Source of the DNA: Nitrososphaeria archaeon
GTDB lineage: Archaea > Thermoproteota > Nitrososphaeria > JACIWG01
DNA: 64,000 nt
Assembly: GCA_963752255.1 (NCBI GenBank)
Contig: CAVVXT010000014.1
Location: 1-64,000 of the forward strand
Direction of reading: 5' to 3'
A program made the translations under genes and the position numbers. Each line of letters begins with the position of its first letter. Positions within the stretch are counted from its first letter, which is position 1. Under the pieces are notes generated by a model. It ran no database searches, was not told where the DNA came from, and worked only from the letters and a program-made list of their open reading frames with translations. This document shows positions 40,150 through 52,269 of the stretch, one piece after another.

Positions 40150-40542
40150 CTAAATTAGTAAAATATGCTTTATTAAATCTTCTAAAGCAGAAACAATCTG
40201 TAGAGACTGATCATCATTTAACTTTTTATCTTTTGCATTCTCTAATATGGCAACAGTTTTTTCTAAAGATAGAAAGCAATCAGAACTTAACAAACCTAAA
40301 TATTTAGCAATAATTAATGAATATAAAGCACGTTTTAAATTTTTTCGCCCACGATCTCTAGTTATAACAAAAGAAGATTTAGACAAATCTTCTTTATTAG
40401 CCCTTAGCATTTTATCAAATATTTTTTCTTCGGCGTTACCTGATCGTTGAATTAGAAGATAATCAAGCTGTTTGAAAGTAAAATTACTCCTATTAATTAT
40501 TTCCTTTAACAATAAATCTTGTTGAATTCTTTCTTTTAACAT
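40150..40542 (-). CDS. Conserved hypothetical archaeal protein (possible HTH)
   Basis: 130-aa ORF; SNFTFKQL..R.NLKRALYSL..YLGLL. Confidence 0.65.
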   Translation of the reverse strand: MLKERIQQDLLLKEIINRSNFTFKQLDYLLIQRSGNAEEKIFDKMLRANKEDLSKSSFVITRDRGRKNLKRALYSLIIAKYLGLLSSDCFLSLEKTVAILENAKDKKLNDDQSLQIVSALEDLIKHILLI

Positions 40543-40769
40543 TATCCCCGTTTTACGATAACGTAAAACAATTTAAAGTTTTTCTTAATAATAAAACCTG
40601 TTTAAATATATTTATTATAGTATTTTAATATAAGATTATTTTTAATAAATAGCCATAATAATTAAAATTATTATAATATTTAGTCTATTTAAAATAATTA
40701 TTTTTTTATACACTTCATGTATAAGAAAACAGTTAATAACATTTATTGACGTACTAACTGTCGATAATA

Positions 40770-41009
40770 ATGGGACGTAAAAGAAGAAAAGTTATTAAAG
40801 TTTTTAAAAAAACTTTACCCAAGATCCTCGCATGCCCTGTTTGTGGTAATATTTCTCTCGTTGTCGATAGAATTTCTGAAGATAGTGTAAAAATTAAATG
40901 TGGTACTTGTAAGTTATCATACGAATATCCTGCATCTAAAAACAAGGAAAACATCGATATTTATAATGAATTCGTTGATAAAATTAATCGTAACGAAATA
41001 GTTCTTTAA
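40770..41009 (+). CDS. elf1: Transcription elongation factor Elf1
   Basis: MGRKRRK..LPK...CPVC..CGTC..IDIYNEFVD. Confidence 0.92.
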   Translation: MGRKRRKVIKVFKKTLPKILACPVCGNISLVVDRISEDSVKIKCGTCKLSYEYPASKNKENIDIYNEFVDKINRNEIVL

Positions 41010-41024
41010 CAGAGAAGAAATCCA

Positions 41025-44000
41025 ATGTCACTAATGCAACAATATTTTTCTTTACTGAAGGAAAGAATTTCTTTGACTCAAAATTACGAATTTTATTATC
41101 AAAAAATGACAGAAGATATTGAAAAAGCTATTTCAATCGCTGAACTAGCAAGGAAAAAAGGTCAGGATCCTTCTTTAATTATTGAAAATAAATTAGTTTT
41201 TGATCTCTCTTCAAGAGTTGAAGAGTTAATTGGATTGAGAGGGTTATCTGATCGATTAAGGGAATTACTTAAATTTTATAAAAAAGAAGCAGCGGCTCTA
41301 GCTATAGCTGTCGAAGTTGCTTCTGGTCGATTTGGTTCACTAACCCAGGAACAAGCGCTGGATAAAGGTATAAGGACAGGATTAGCGGTAATAACTGACG
41401 GTGTCACTGTTGCACCGTTGCAAGGGATATCAAGAATCACAATAAAAAAGAATAAAGATGGTTCTAGCTATGCAAGTATATACTTTGCGGGCCCTATTAG
41501 ATCTGCTGGTGGCACAGATACAGCCTTTACTTTAGTTATAGCCAATGAAGTTAGAAAGATGTTAGGTATTGAAATTTATCACGTAAATGATTATGATGAT
41601 GAAATAGGACGATTTATTGAAGAACTGAGAACCTACGAAAGGGAAGTTGGCAATTTCCAATATAAGGTTTCAGATGAAGATCTAAGAACTGCTCTAATAT
41701 ATATTCCAGTCGAAGTTAATGGTGTTGAAACAGATCAAGTAGAACTTATGATGCATAGAAATATGCGAAGAATAGAAGCAAATAAAGTTCGTGGAGGTGC
41801 TTTAAGGGTTATAAATGATGGTCTTATCGGTCGTGCAAGAAAGCTCGAAAAACTTGTTAAGGAGCTTTCTATTTCAGATTGGGATTGGCTTTCCCACTTA
41901 AAAGGTGGTCAACAGGAATCAAGTACATTAACACATTTTGGGGACGTAATTGCTGGAAGGCCTATTTTATCATACCCTGGATCAATTGGAGGTTTTAGGC
42001 TAAGGTATGGTAGATGTTTTAACACAGGTTTATCTACTGTCGGCATAAATCCCGTAACCGCCGTGATTCTTGACTATGCAATGGTCACAGGCACTCAAAT
42101 TAAATTAGATAGACCTGGAAAAAGTGCAACAATCGCTTTAGTTGATACAATTGAAGGGCCAATTGTTAAATTACAAGATGAATCAGTAATTAAAGTTGAA
42201 GACATTAAAACAGCTGAAGAGTTAAAGAATAATATCTCTTCAATTCTTTTCCTTGGAGATATTTTAATATCTTTTGGCGACTTTGTTGAGAATAATGCAA
42301 CGCTTGTTCAATCAGCCTATGTTGAGGAGTATTGGGCTCAAGATGTGATAGATGCATGCAACAGTTTATATGGAAATATCACGATTGCATCACAGAATCT
42401 AAACATGCCTTTGGAGTCATTAACTAAATGGATTGAGCAACCCAATCAATTTTTTCCTAACTTTGATACTGCTTTTGAACTTTCCGAGAAACTAAACGTA
42501 CCTTTGCATCCGAGATACCTTTTTTTTTGGGATTTGCTAAGCATTACAAACTTTCTTTTTTTAAGGAATACATTATTGGGATCAACAATTAAGGACAAAG
42601 AGCTTATTGTCAATAATAATCCACAAATTAAGGATCTTCTCGAAACGTTATGTGTACCTCATAGAAAAGATAATTCCCTACTAATAATTCCAGAAGAAGT
42701 TACAAAGGTTCTAACTAAGTGTTTAACTCTTGAAAAAGAGGCAATACTACCCGGTGAGTATAAAACGACGCTAGAACTGGTATCTGCATGTTGTGGGATT
42801 ACTATTAAAAATAAATGCTCCGCATATATTGGAGTACGTCTCGGCCGGCCTGAAAAAGCAGAAGAACGTAAAATGAAACCACCTGTACACTTATTGTTTC
42901 CTGTAGGTTCCTTTGGTGGATCTTCTAGAGATCTTATCAAAGCTTCTTCTGCGACAATTAATGTTCCTCTAGTGAACAGGTTTTGTATAAGTTGTTCGTC
43001 TTTCCAATTATTTTCTAAATGCAAGAATTGTGGCTCTCCAACACAGATATCTTATATTTGTCCATTATGTAATTCAACATTAAAAAAAGATGAAATTTGT
43101 CCGCGATGTAAAATTCTTCCTTCACCATATTCGCAGAGGATAATTAATCTTAAGGATGAACTTGATTCTGCAGTTCAAAAATTTGATTACAAATTGGTTC
43201 CGCCATTGAAAGGTGTTAAAGGTTTGATGAATGAAAACAAACAACCTGAGCCTATAGAAAAAGGTATTTTAAGACAAAAACATGGGCTTCAAATATATCG
43301 AGATGGTACGGTACGTTTTGATGCGACAAATATGCCAATTACTTCTTTTTTACCAAATTTGATCTCAACTAATTTTGATATGCTGATTAAGATGGGTTAT
43401 TCTAAGGAGGACCTAAATTCTGGGAACCCCGTGTCTATTTTCGTTCAAGATGTTGTCTTGCCAAGGAATGCTACAACATATCTTCTTAAAACATCAAAAT
43501 TCATTGATGAATTGCTTGAAAAATTTTATAGCCTACCGACTTTTTATAATGCAAAAAAGGAAGAAGATTTAATTGGTCATCTGATTGTTGGTATCGCTCC
43601 ACATACATCCGTTGCGGTTATAGGACGTATAATTGGCTTTTCTAATTCCCAAGTTTGTTTAGCCCACCCCTTCTGGCATTCGGCAAAGAGACGAGATTGT
43701 GATGGCGATGCTGATTCCGTTGCTCTCCTTTTAGATATCTTAATTAATTTTTCTTTATCGTACGTCCCATCTCAGATAGGTGGTTTAATGGATACCCCCT
43801 TACTTCTACAGCCTTATATCATACCATCAGAAGTTGAGGATCAATCTCTTTCTATTGACTCTTCACCAAGATATCCAAGAGATTTTTACGAAAAAACATT
43901 AAAGGGTATATCGGCAAAAGATATTTCCTCAATTACCTTAGTAAAGAATAACATAAGCCAAAAAGAAGAATATATCAAAATAAATTATAACTACAACACA

Positions 44001-44444
44001 AGTATTATGTTCTTAAGTAAGGATAGAAATTCCCTTGCAACAGCACCCTCATTTGTTGAAAAAATTGAGAGACAATTTCATTACGAGCTGATAATCAAAG
44101 CTGTTAATATAAATGATGCTATTGTTTCTATTCTAAGCACGCATTTGTTGCCTGATATAATGGGGAACCTTAAAGCTTTTGGTTCACAAAAAGTTAGATG
44201 CAAGAAGTGTGGAGAAAAATACAGAAGAGTTCCCTTAAAGGGTGTCTGCTTAAAATGTGGAGGAGATCTACAACTCTCTGTGACAAAGAGGAGTGTTGGA
44301 AAGTTCCTAGAGTTAGCTGACAGTCTTGCAGCACATGAAGGTGTTCCAACTTACGTTAGAACAAGAGTAGAATTAGCAAAGGAAGACTTTGAAAGTCTAT
44401 TTGGTAAGGAAAAGAAACAAGTTCAATTGACGAACTTCACCTGA
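41025..44444 (+). CDS. polC: DNA polymerase D large subunit DP2
   Basis: AGPIRSAGGT, GGFRLRYGR, RDGTVRFD, AKRRDCDGD.D and zinc fingers; no intein seen. Confidence 0.97.
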   Translation: MSLMQQYFSLLKERISLTQNYEFYYQKMTEDIEKAISIAELARKKGQDPSLIIENKLVFDLSSRVEELIGLRGLSDRLRELLKFYKKEAAALAIAVEVASGRFGSLTQEQALDKGIRTGLAVITDGVTVAPLQGISRITIKKNKDGSSYASIYFAGPIRSAGGTDTAFTLVIANEVRKMLGIEIYHVNDYDDEIGRFIEELRTYEREVGNFQYKVSDEDLRTALIYIPVEVNGVETDQVELMMHRNMRRIEANKVRGGALRVINDGLIGRARKLEKLVKELSISDWDWLSHLKGGQQESSTLTHFGDVIAGRPILSYPGSIGGFRLRYGRCFNTGLSTVGINPVTAVILDYAMVTGTQIKLDRPGKSATIALVDTIEGPIVKLQDESVIKVEDIKTAEELKNNISSILFLGDILISFGDFVENNATLVQSAYVEEYWAQDVIDACNSLYGNITIASQNLNMPLESLTKWIEQPNQFFPNFDTAFELSEKLNVPLHPRYLFFWDLLSITNFLFLRNTLLGSTIKDKELIVNNNPQIKDLLETLCVPHRKDNSLLIIPEEVTKVLTKCLTLEKEAILPGEYKTTLELVSACCGITIKNKCSAYIGVRLGRPEKAEERKMKPPVHLLFPVGSFGGSSRDLIKASSATINVPLVNRFCISCSSFQLFSKCKNCGSPTQISYICPLCNSTLKKDEICPRCKILPSPYSQRIINLKDELDSAVQKFDYKLVPPLKGVKGLMNENKQPEPIEKGILRQKHGLQIYRDGTVRFDATNMPITSFLPNLISTNFDMLIKMGYSKEDLNSGNPVSIFVQDVVLPRNATTYLLKTSKFIDELLEKFYSLPTFYNAKKEEDLIGHLIVGIAPHTSVAVIGRIIGFSNSQVCLAHPFWHSAKRRDCDGDADSVALLLDILINFSLSYVPSQIGGLMDTPLLLQPYIIPSEVEDQSLSIDSSPRYPRDFYEKTLKGISAKDISSITLVKNNISQKEEYIKINYNYNTSIMFLSKDRNSLATAPSFVEKIERQFHYELIIKAVNINDAIVSILSTHLLPDIMGNLKAFGSQKVRCKKCGEKYRRVPLKGVCLKCGGDLQLSVTKRSVGKFLELADSLAAHEGVPTYVRTRVELAKEDFESLFGKEKKQVQLTNFT

Positions 44445-45753
44445 TTCTTATATACTCATGCGCTCTTCTGGTTGCTTCAAAGCAGAAGTGGACCTGTTGA
44501 AAGTCTTTTCTGAAATCTTTTACCTTTTCTCTGACTTCTCCTATATTTTTATTTTTAACTATTATATCTGCAATAAAACCTGCGACAACACTCATATCTG
44601 ATTCCCTCATACCTAATCTAGTAAGTTCTGATACTCCAAATCTTAATCCACCCGGATTAGTAAAGTGTCTTCCTTCTTTAATATCCCATGGTAATAGATT
44701 CCTATTACAGATTATATTTGCTTGCTCTAATATTCTTTCGAGATCTCCTCCTAGACCAAACTTTGTCACTTCAACCAATACTATATGCGAATCAGTGAAT
44801 CCTCTTTTCTCTCCAACCACCTTTAGTCCTTGACTATAAAGTGAAGTTGCTAACGACTTTGCGTTCTTAATGATCTGTTCAGCATACTTTTCTCCAAACT
44901 CAAGAACTTCTGCAAATGATATTGCTTTGGCAGCAACAGAATGTAAATGGTGATTACTTACATTGCCAGGGAAAACAGCCTTTTTTATCTTCTCTGAAAA
45001 GGTATCAAATGATAAAATCATTCCTCCCTGAGGTCCAAACAGTGTTTTATGGGTGCTACATGTAATTGCATCAGCACCTTCTCTTAAAGGATCTTGAAAT
45101 TTTTTACCGGCTATTAATCCAATAACGTGAGCTGCATCATAACAAACGAAAGTTCCTTTTTCTTTAAAAGTTGATGCTAACTCTTTAAGTGGTTGTGGAA
45201 AAAGTAGTACAGAACCGCCAAACATAGCTAACTTTATTTTTATTCCAGTCCTTTCAAATTCATTGATTTTATTTATCGTTTTATCCACATCAATATTCAT
45301 TTCTTCATAATCAAAAGGGAAATATTCAGTCCTAAGCCCATGTACAGCTCCCGCCGTGCCTCCTAGCTCAATTTTTCCTGTACTTATGTGACCACCAGAT
45401 GGAATGGATAAGGACATCATATAATCTCCAGGAGAAGTAAAAGCTGTGTAAATTGCGAGATTAGCGCACACACCAGAAATTGGTCTTACATCGACAAATT
45501 GACATTGAAATATTTTCTTGGCTTCTTCTATTGCAAGAAGCTCGATTTGATCGATATAAATGCAGCCAGCGTATACTCTTTCACCTGGCCATCCTTCTGC
45601 ATATCTATTTCCTAGATCACTTAATAACGCTTCTCTGACTGCTGGACTCGGAACGTTTTCGCTTGCAATTAAAGGTAAACTTTCTGAGAACCAGTCATGA
45701 TGAGCTTTCAATAATTTAAAAACATTATCATAAGCTTCTCTGTTATTACTCAT
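44437..45753 (-). CDS. glyA: Serine hydroxymethyltransferase
   Basis: LIASEN, RYAEG, DAAH, STHKTLFGPQGG and VFPG. Confidence 0.96.
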   Translation of the reverse strand: MSNNREAYDNVFKLLKAHHDWFSESLPLIASENVPSPAVREALLSDLGNRYAEGWPGERVYAGCIYIDQIELLAIEEAKKIFQCQFVDVRPISGVCANLAIYTAFTSPGDYMMSLSIPSGGHISTGKIELGGTAGAVHGLRTEYFPFDYEEMNIDVDKTINKINEFERTGIKIKLAMFGGSVLLFPQPLKELASTFKEKGTFVCYDAAHVIGLIAGKKFQDPLREGADAITCSTHKTLFGPQGGMILSFDTFSEKIKKAVFPGNVSNHHLHSVAAKAISFAEVLEFGEKYAEQIIKNAKSLATSLYSQGLKVVGEKRGFTDSHIVLVEVTKFGLGGDLERILEQANIICNRNLLPWDIKEGRHFTNPGGLRFGVSELTRLGMRESDMSVVAGFIADIIVKNKNIGEVREKVKDFRKDFQQVHFCFEATRRAHEYIRIR

Positions 45754-45836
45754 ACAAGTAAATACAATTTATCCTTATTTTAAATGTTTTCTAAGTTAAA
45801 AATGTTTAAATTATGAACTCTAACCTCTAGATAGGT

Positions 45837-46013
45837 ATGAGTTCTAAGAAGAAGAAACAGCCTGGAGGGCCAATGCCTGCATCGAGCGCTGGGTTACTAC
45901 GATTTTTTGAAGATGAAACTCCTGGGATTAAGATTAGGCCTGAATTCGTTATGGCATTTGCTATATCTTTGATTGTAGCTTCTATTTTATTACTTGTATT
46001 TGTGCCACCATAA
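45837..46013 (+). CDS. secG: Preprotein translocase subunit Sec61beta (SecG), not in the ORF track
   Basis: SSAGLLRFFEDETPGIKIRPE followed by one TM helix. Confidence 0.93.
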   Translation: MSSKKKKQPGGPMPASSAGLLRFFEDETPGIKIRPEFVMAFAISLIVASILLLVFVPP

Positions 46014-46028
46014 TCAGTGGTGCGCTGA

Positions 46029-47802
46029 ATGAATGACGACAGAACAGCGCATATTGCTAATTTATACAAGAAACTTTTTCGTCTTCCTTCAACTAAAATT
46101 GCACTTTTATTTTCATTATTGGTTACTCTTCTTATATCATTGCCGTTTATTTTAATTCTCAAAAATTTAATAGATTATTCTATTTTAACTTCTTTCATAT
46201 TGTTTTCAATAATAACTATAGCTTTTATTGATACATGGTTAACGTCTTTCTCCCCAATATCATCCTTCAGAAGGATTATATTTGCAATATTCTTTGAGCT
46301 TTTTCCTCTAATTTTGCTGTCGGTGTGTAGTTTTTTTTTAATTATCTCAGAAGTACTTACTAGGTCTCTTTTTTTAGGAATTTTTTTATTGTTAACAGGC
46401 TATGTTTTATCTATAAGATTTTTTTTGATGTATGTAATATTCTATAAAGATTTTTTTAAAACTATATTTCCAACTATTCTTCTTCCAGTCGCAATATACT
46501 CTTCAGTTTTTGTTTTTCAGCCTATCAAATTTCCGATTATCGTTCTTTCGTTACTCTTCAGCTCAATTTTCTTAGGTGCAACGGTTCTGTTTCTAAGATA
46601 TATAGATCGGGTTGGGACAAAAATGCTCAAAGTTAATTCATTCCAAATACTTACTTCCTATTTACAGTCTTGGATAAGTTCCATTCCAAATGAACTTGAA
46701 GAAATACTTGAAAAATATAGTGAACCTTCAATAATAAAAACATACCAGATAAATTTAAACCAAAATGGTCGCAAACTCTGCTCTAGTAATTCCAGGAATT
46801 CATCCAGGTCCTTTCTCTCCAATTGGAAGCTATAATTTACCTTCAGATATCATCTCCTTTTTTAAAGAAAAATCAATTCCTTCTATGGTTTTCCACACTC
46901 CTTCTTCACATGCCATAAATCTACCTTCAAGAAAAGAAGTCGAGAACTACCTAAATTCTATTGACATAAAAAAAGATGATACATTTACGGAAGGCAACAT
47001 CTGTTCTAAGCCTTTGAGGGTGAGCAAGAACAAAGCAACAGTAACAGGTCTAATGTTCAATAATACGGCTTTAGTGTTTTTATCTTTAGCTCCGTATGGT
47101 GCGGAAGACTTTCCTTCTGAAATTATAAACTATACTAAACAATTTATTGACAAGAATATCTTAGATGAAATAATTCTTATAGACGCACATAATGCTTTAG
47201 GAGATGCAATTTTTGATGATGACTTAAATGATATTAAGAATTGTTTAAGCGATTTGATCCAGGAATTAAAAGTAGAATCCAAGAGTAGGTTCAGTTTTAA
47301 CTTTGTTAGTTTGGATCACTTAGAATATAAAGAAATTGGGCCAGGAGGAGCAGGCTGTTTGTGTCTTACAATAAATAATGATAATTATTTGCTATATTCA
47401 ATAGATTCCAACAATTCTATACCATCACTCAAAACTAACCTAGAACAAGCTCTCTACAGAAGGGGTCTATTTCTATTAGAAATTTGTACAACTGATTCGC
47501 ATTTTCTGTCGGGTAAAACTAAAACAAAGAAAGGCTACTATGCGTTAGGAGAACTGTCTTCAGAAAAGGAAATAATCAAGAAATTGGTAGATCCAACTAT
47601 TTATATTTACATAAGAGATAATCAAAAAAATGCCAATTTTAAGATAGAGTGCCATACTTCAAATGTTAGAACTATAGGGCAAGCACAAATCAATTTATAC
47701 TCAAAATTCACGAATAAAATGTTATCTCTTTCATTAAAGGGCGCAATCTTACTTGTCCTTTTATCTATTCTATTGCTTACCATCTTTATTGAGATCTTGT
47801 AA
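46029..47802 (+). CDS. DUF2070 membrane protein (frameshift near 46773)
   Basis: Multi-TM N-terminal half, then IHPGPF..GSYNLP, IDAHN, DSNN and TTDSH. Confidence 0.88.
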
Positions 47803-47886
47803 CTTTGTCCATTGTTATTGCGATGAAGGCAATACTCTTTCAAATATTTTAAAATAGTATTTTTAATTAATAGATGTGTTAGAAGA

Positions 47887-49347
47887 ATGCGAGATTTAGA
47901 GTCTATAATAGAAGAAATTTTACATAAAAGGCCAGAAATCTCCAGGGAAAATGTTCTTCTACTAATTCATGAAAAAAAGGATAATATTGGAAGCGGATAT
48001 TTAACCGATACTGGGGCGGCATATCTAATAGCTGCTGATCTAGGGTTAACTTTGGATTTTGAACTTCCATCCGGATTAGAAATTAAAGATCTATATGTTG
48101 GAGCTAATTCAGTAAATTTAAGTTGTAGGGTTTGTTCTGTTTCAGAACTAAAGAACTATAAAAAACGTGACAGTACAGAAGGCAGTCTCGTATCTTTAAC
48201 AGTTTTTGACAAGACGGGTTTTATAAGGTGTAATCTGTGGGACTCTAAAGCTGAGGAAATACAAAACATGAACCTTAAACCTGAAGATGGAATTTTGATT
48301 GGAAAAGCCTATGTTCGATCTGACTTTAACAATTCTCCCTCTTTGCATGTTGGACAAAGAAGTACAATAGTTAAGATTGAAAATAAGGATCTGTTATCAA
48401 AACTTCCCACACTGAAGGATATCGCTATTTCTCTTGATGATTTTGTTGCACAGCAAGGTCTTTTCTGTTTAAAGGCAATAGTGAACTCCCTACCTATAAC
48501 TTATTCTTTCTCTAGAAAGGATGGTTCACAGGGTAACATTGAATCTTTTTTTATACGAGGTTTGAGGAAGGATATTAAACATCGTATTGTATTATGGTTG
48601 TCTTTGAACTCTTCAAAAAATATCCCTCCTGTTGGATCGCTAGTAGTAATTTGCCCTTTAAAGATGAAACCCCAAATGACAGGAGATATCGAATTTCATG
48701 GTGACGAAAAAACAATAATTATCCATCTTACAGAAGAATTTTTGTCATATACTCCAAAAGAGATAATTGAATCATCACTCCGATTATTATCGATTGGTGT
48801 ACCCCAAAAAACTAAGAAAGGCTCTGATTCAGTAAACGCTCTAGTATTAACTGAAGATGAAAGGATGCTTTCTTTGATTGGGTTAAATGACTTAGTGCCT
48901 TTTCTACTTTCAATGAAGATAGGTGACGTTATTGAGGGCTCGTTTACCTTTATAGATAAAGATAAACTGCTTTGTACAGATGTTAATAAAATAAGCAAGA
49001 AAAACAAAGCCATTCCCTTTGACATTTCGAACCAATATCAAAAAATATCAGATATAAAAGCAACCATTAATGAGAATAAAAAGTTTTTCTTAAAAGCTGT
49101 TGCAATATCCCAGGCAACTCAAAGAGAGGTTACCACAAGGAATGGAGAAAAAATAATTCTCTCAGAACTCCTAATAGGAGACGAAACAGATGAAATCAAT
49201 TTAATAGCTTGGAGAAGTCTATCAAAACTAATAGATAAAATAGCCCCTGGGGAGCGACTGATTATTAATGGCGTAATGCTTAAGGCAAAACCAACTTTCA
49301 CACTGGAAGTCAAATCCTTTTCCTCAATCATAAAGATTTCTGAATAG
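47887..49347 (+). CDS. rpa: Replication protein A-like multi-OB-fold ssDNA-binding protein
   Basis: GYLTDTGAAYLIA, DKTGFIRCNLW and IGDETDEINLIAW. Confidence 0.88.
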   Translation: MRDLESIIEEILHKRPEISRENVLLLIHEKKDNIGSGYLTDTGAAYLIAADLGLTLDFELPSGLEIKDLYVGANSVNLSCRVCSVSELKNYKKRDSTEGSLVSLTVFDKTGFIRCNLWDSKAEEIQNMNLKPEDGILIGKAYVRSDFNNSPSLHVGQRSTIVKIENKDLLSKLPTLKDIAISLDDFVAQQGLFCLKAIVNSLPITYSFSRKDGSQGNIESFFIRGLRKDIKHRIVLWLSLNSSKNIPPVGSLVVICPLKMKPQMTGDIEFHGDEKTIIIHLTEEFLSYTPKEIIESSLRLLSIGVPQKTKKGSDSVNALVLTEDERMLSLIGLNDLVPFLLSMKIGDVIEGSFTFIDKDKLLCTDVNKISKKNKAIPFDISNQYQKISDIKATINENKKFFLKAVAISQATQREVTTRNGEKIILSELLIGDETDEINLIAWRSLSKLIDKIAPGERLIINGVMLKAKPTFTLEVKSFSSIIKISE

Positions 49348-49349
49348 GA

Positions 49350-52081
49350 TTAATTGTCCCAAAAAGGTCTAGTTCTTATGAAAACCTTTTCAGCTCGGTA
49401 TATTTCCCTTAGTAATTCTTCTTCGCTTGCCTTTTTGTCAAGTATTCTAACCGCATTTGATGGACCAACTCCGTATCCTGAAAGAACGTAGACAGCTTTC
49501 TTACCATAATTTTGAATTAGCGAGGAAGTCTTCCATAACTTTTTGTATTCATCAAATTCCTCCTTTGAAAGCTTTTTGTTCTGAAGTTTTTTCTTTATTA
49601 TATCTCTCGCGGTTTCATTCCAACTCGAGACCATTGTCATCAATCTAGATCGACATCTCTGACAATAAATTGGCTCAGTTACTTCCTTTGTTAAAATTGT
49701 CTTCTCAAATTTTCCACAGGAGAGACATAAAAATTTATGTTTTCTATTTTCAAGTCTTTCCTTTATTGTATTCAAAATAGTTATACTTACATCGTACGCT
49801 GTTGTTGCACTTTAGATTTGTACCTGAATCCAATCTTGGCTAATGGGGAGAAATCTTTACTGTTTTTTATTAAAACATCAATTTTTCCTTCTCTAATATC
49901 GTTTAGAATTTTATTTGCGTTATCAATATCAAACTTATCTGTAAAAATTTCATTTAAAACCTCTAAATATAGTGGTGTACCAAAATATCTCTTTAAAATA
50001 AGAGAACTAAAGCGGCCATCATATGCTACACCTTTTGGAATGATACCAAATCGTTTACCTATATGCCATCCTCTGGTTTTCATTAAGCTAGAATCTCTAA
50101 CAGCAACTTCCAAAATTTCTCTGAGATTAAATTGCCCAGTTAATGTTTCCTTGATAATTTCTGGGGTTAAAATCTCACCTCCACTTATTATAATCCTATA
50201 AGGGTCGTATGTATATTCAATAACATAACCAAGCTTCGAAGTCAGAACCGTTGAAAGCAACGTTCCAAGAGTATTGTTTATTTTCGTCCCACAGCATGAG
50301 TGAATGACATAGGTACTGTCATCAATTTTTTTTTCAATAACTAGATGTTTATCATCTGGAATCATTCCTATCTGATCTTTTGTTTCCTCAAAAATCTTTT
50401 TAGCCTCTTGACAAATATTTTCACGCTTGTAATCTCTTCTAATCTTACCTACAAGTACAGCTGTTTTCTGATCGACTGGAATAAGTTCGCCCATCCAATA
50501 AGGAATTTCACTTTCTGGAATATTTTTTGGTTCAACTTTAACTATTTGTTTAACGTCGTCTATTGATAGAACATTCCAAGCAGTACCTCTTAAAACAAAA
50601 GGTCTTTCTTGCTCTAATGCTTCTCTGACAAAAAGTTGATCCACATTCCCTACTCTCATATTGTTTACAACATTAATAACAGAATACTGTAAATTTTCAG
50701 GGATCATTGAGACATTACCGAAGTAATAAGTGAAACATTTACTCCCTCTATAAACAGTATCACCATCAAAGTGAACTGCTTTTATTTCCGATAAAATTTT
50801 TATAATTTCAATAATGTTCTCAGAATTAAGCTCTGTATAAAATATAGTTTCCTTGGCCATTCCAATTATCTCTTCAGACTTTATTGCCTTGTATACTAAG
50901 GCTAGACCTACTATTTGATGTGCTAAAACGTCCAGAGCACAATAATGTAATACAGGTTCTTCAAGTTCTCCCTTTTCTATTAACTTGCATATTGCAGCCG
51001 TCTCGATATGATCGTCGATGGAATTATTTAAAATAAGTCCTTTAGCAATTCCTCCAACTTTATGCTCACTTCTTCCTACACGTTGCAAAAGCTTGACTGC
51101 TTGTCTTGGTGAGTCGATTTGTATAACAAGAGAAACAGCACCGATATCGATCCCCATTTCAAGAGACGATGTTGTGACTACAACCTTTGCTATTCCCTCT
51201 CTTAGCTCCTTCTCCGCTTGTTCTCTACTTTCTTTAGATAGAGAGCCATGATGAACCTCGATCAGTATCTCAGGATTTTTTGCCTTAATTAACGCTGCTA
51301 AATATTCTGCCGTTTGCCTAGTATTTGTGAAGATTATAGTTGATCTATTACCCTTGATTTGCTCAAATATATTTTCTATTGCAACTTTTGCAATATTGGT
51401 TAATTCACCATCGACGAACTTATTTTCAAATAAATATTGACGAGATATTTTATCGATTACAACAGCTCCCTTTCTTTTAACACCAAAGAGAAACTTCTTT
51501 GCTTTGTCTGGAGAACCAATAGTAGCAGATAGACCGATCCGGACAAATCTCGGACTAATTTTTTCCAATCTTTCCAGTGAAAATGCAAGATGCACTCCCC
51601 TTTTGCTGTTTATAAGTTCATGAACTTCATCAACGATGACCCATTCAATATTCTCTAATTTTTTAATAAATTTAGGTAATGCTAGGAGAATGCTCAATGT
51701 TTCTGGAGTAGATATTAGGAGGTCAGGTGGTTCTTCTTGTATCATTCTTCGTCTAGATGCTGATGTGTCTCCATGTCTAACGTCAACGTTTAGGCCGAAA
51801 TAATCTGCATAGCTCTTGATTCTACGAAATAGGTCTCTGTTGAGAGCTCTCAAAGGTGTGATGTACAAAATTCTGGGGTTTTTATGCTCTTTATCTTTTG
51901 AGATAAGGTAAAATATAGGTAAAATAGCTGCCTCAGTTTTTCCAGTGCCTGTGGGAGAAATAATTAACGTATTAACCTTGTTCAGTATGATTGGAAAAGT
52001 TTTTTTCTGAATTTTAGTTAGATCTTTAAAGCCAAGTCTACTTACATGTACGATCAGCTCATCCAGTCTGGTTTCTTTCAT
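49350..52081 (-). CDS. lhr: Lhr-like DEAD/DEAH helicase (frameshift near 49810)
   Basis: PTGTGKTEAA, PLRALNRD, DEVHE, LSAT, HHGS and QRVGRS.H; C-terminal zinc finger and GVGP. Confidence 0.92.
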
Positions 52082-52087
52082 ATAGAT

Positions 52088-52201
52088 CTAATGTTTTCGT
52101 TTGAAATTCGAATATTCGTAGAATAATACCATTATTAATCCTAAAGCAAATAGGCCAGACATTATAAGTATCCAAAAATTAAAGAAAGTAGTAACGTCCA
52201 T
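52088..52201 (-). CDS. Putative 37-aa single-pass membrane microprotein
   Basis: MDVTTFFNFWILIMSGLFALGLIMVLFYEYSNFKRKH; ends 6 nt before the lhr start. Confidence 0.55.
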   Translation of the reverse strand: MDVTTFFNFWILIMSGLFALGLIMVLFYEYSNFKRKH

Positions 52202-52269
52202 AGCAGAACTCTTCCCGCTTTCTATTATATATTTTTATCTAATTTTGCATACGATTTAAAAAGATTTAG

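Noticed and set aside
46760-46790. DUF2070 split into two genes
   Set aside because: One extra A in GCAAACT joins the frames; this fits the homopolymer-error pattern.
49775-49830. lhr split as a BHB intron (GTAC/GTGC helix)
   Set aside because: There is no outer helix, and excising the 13 nt gives the wrong frame. One missing A in an A-run explains the split.
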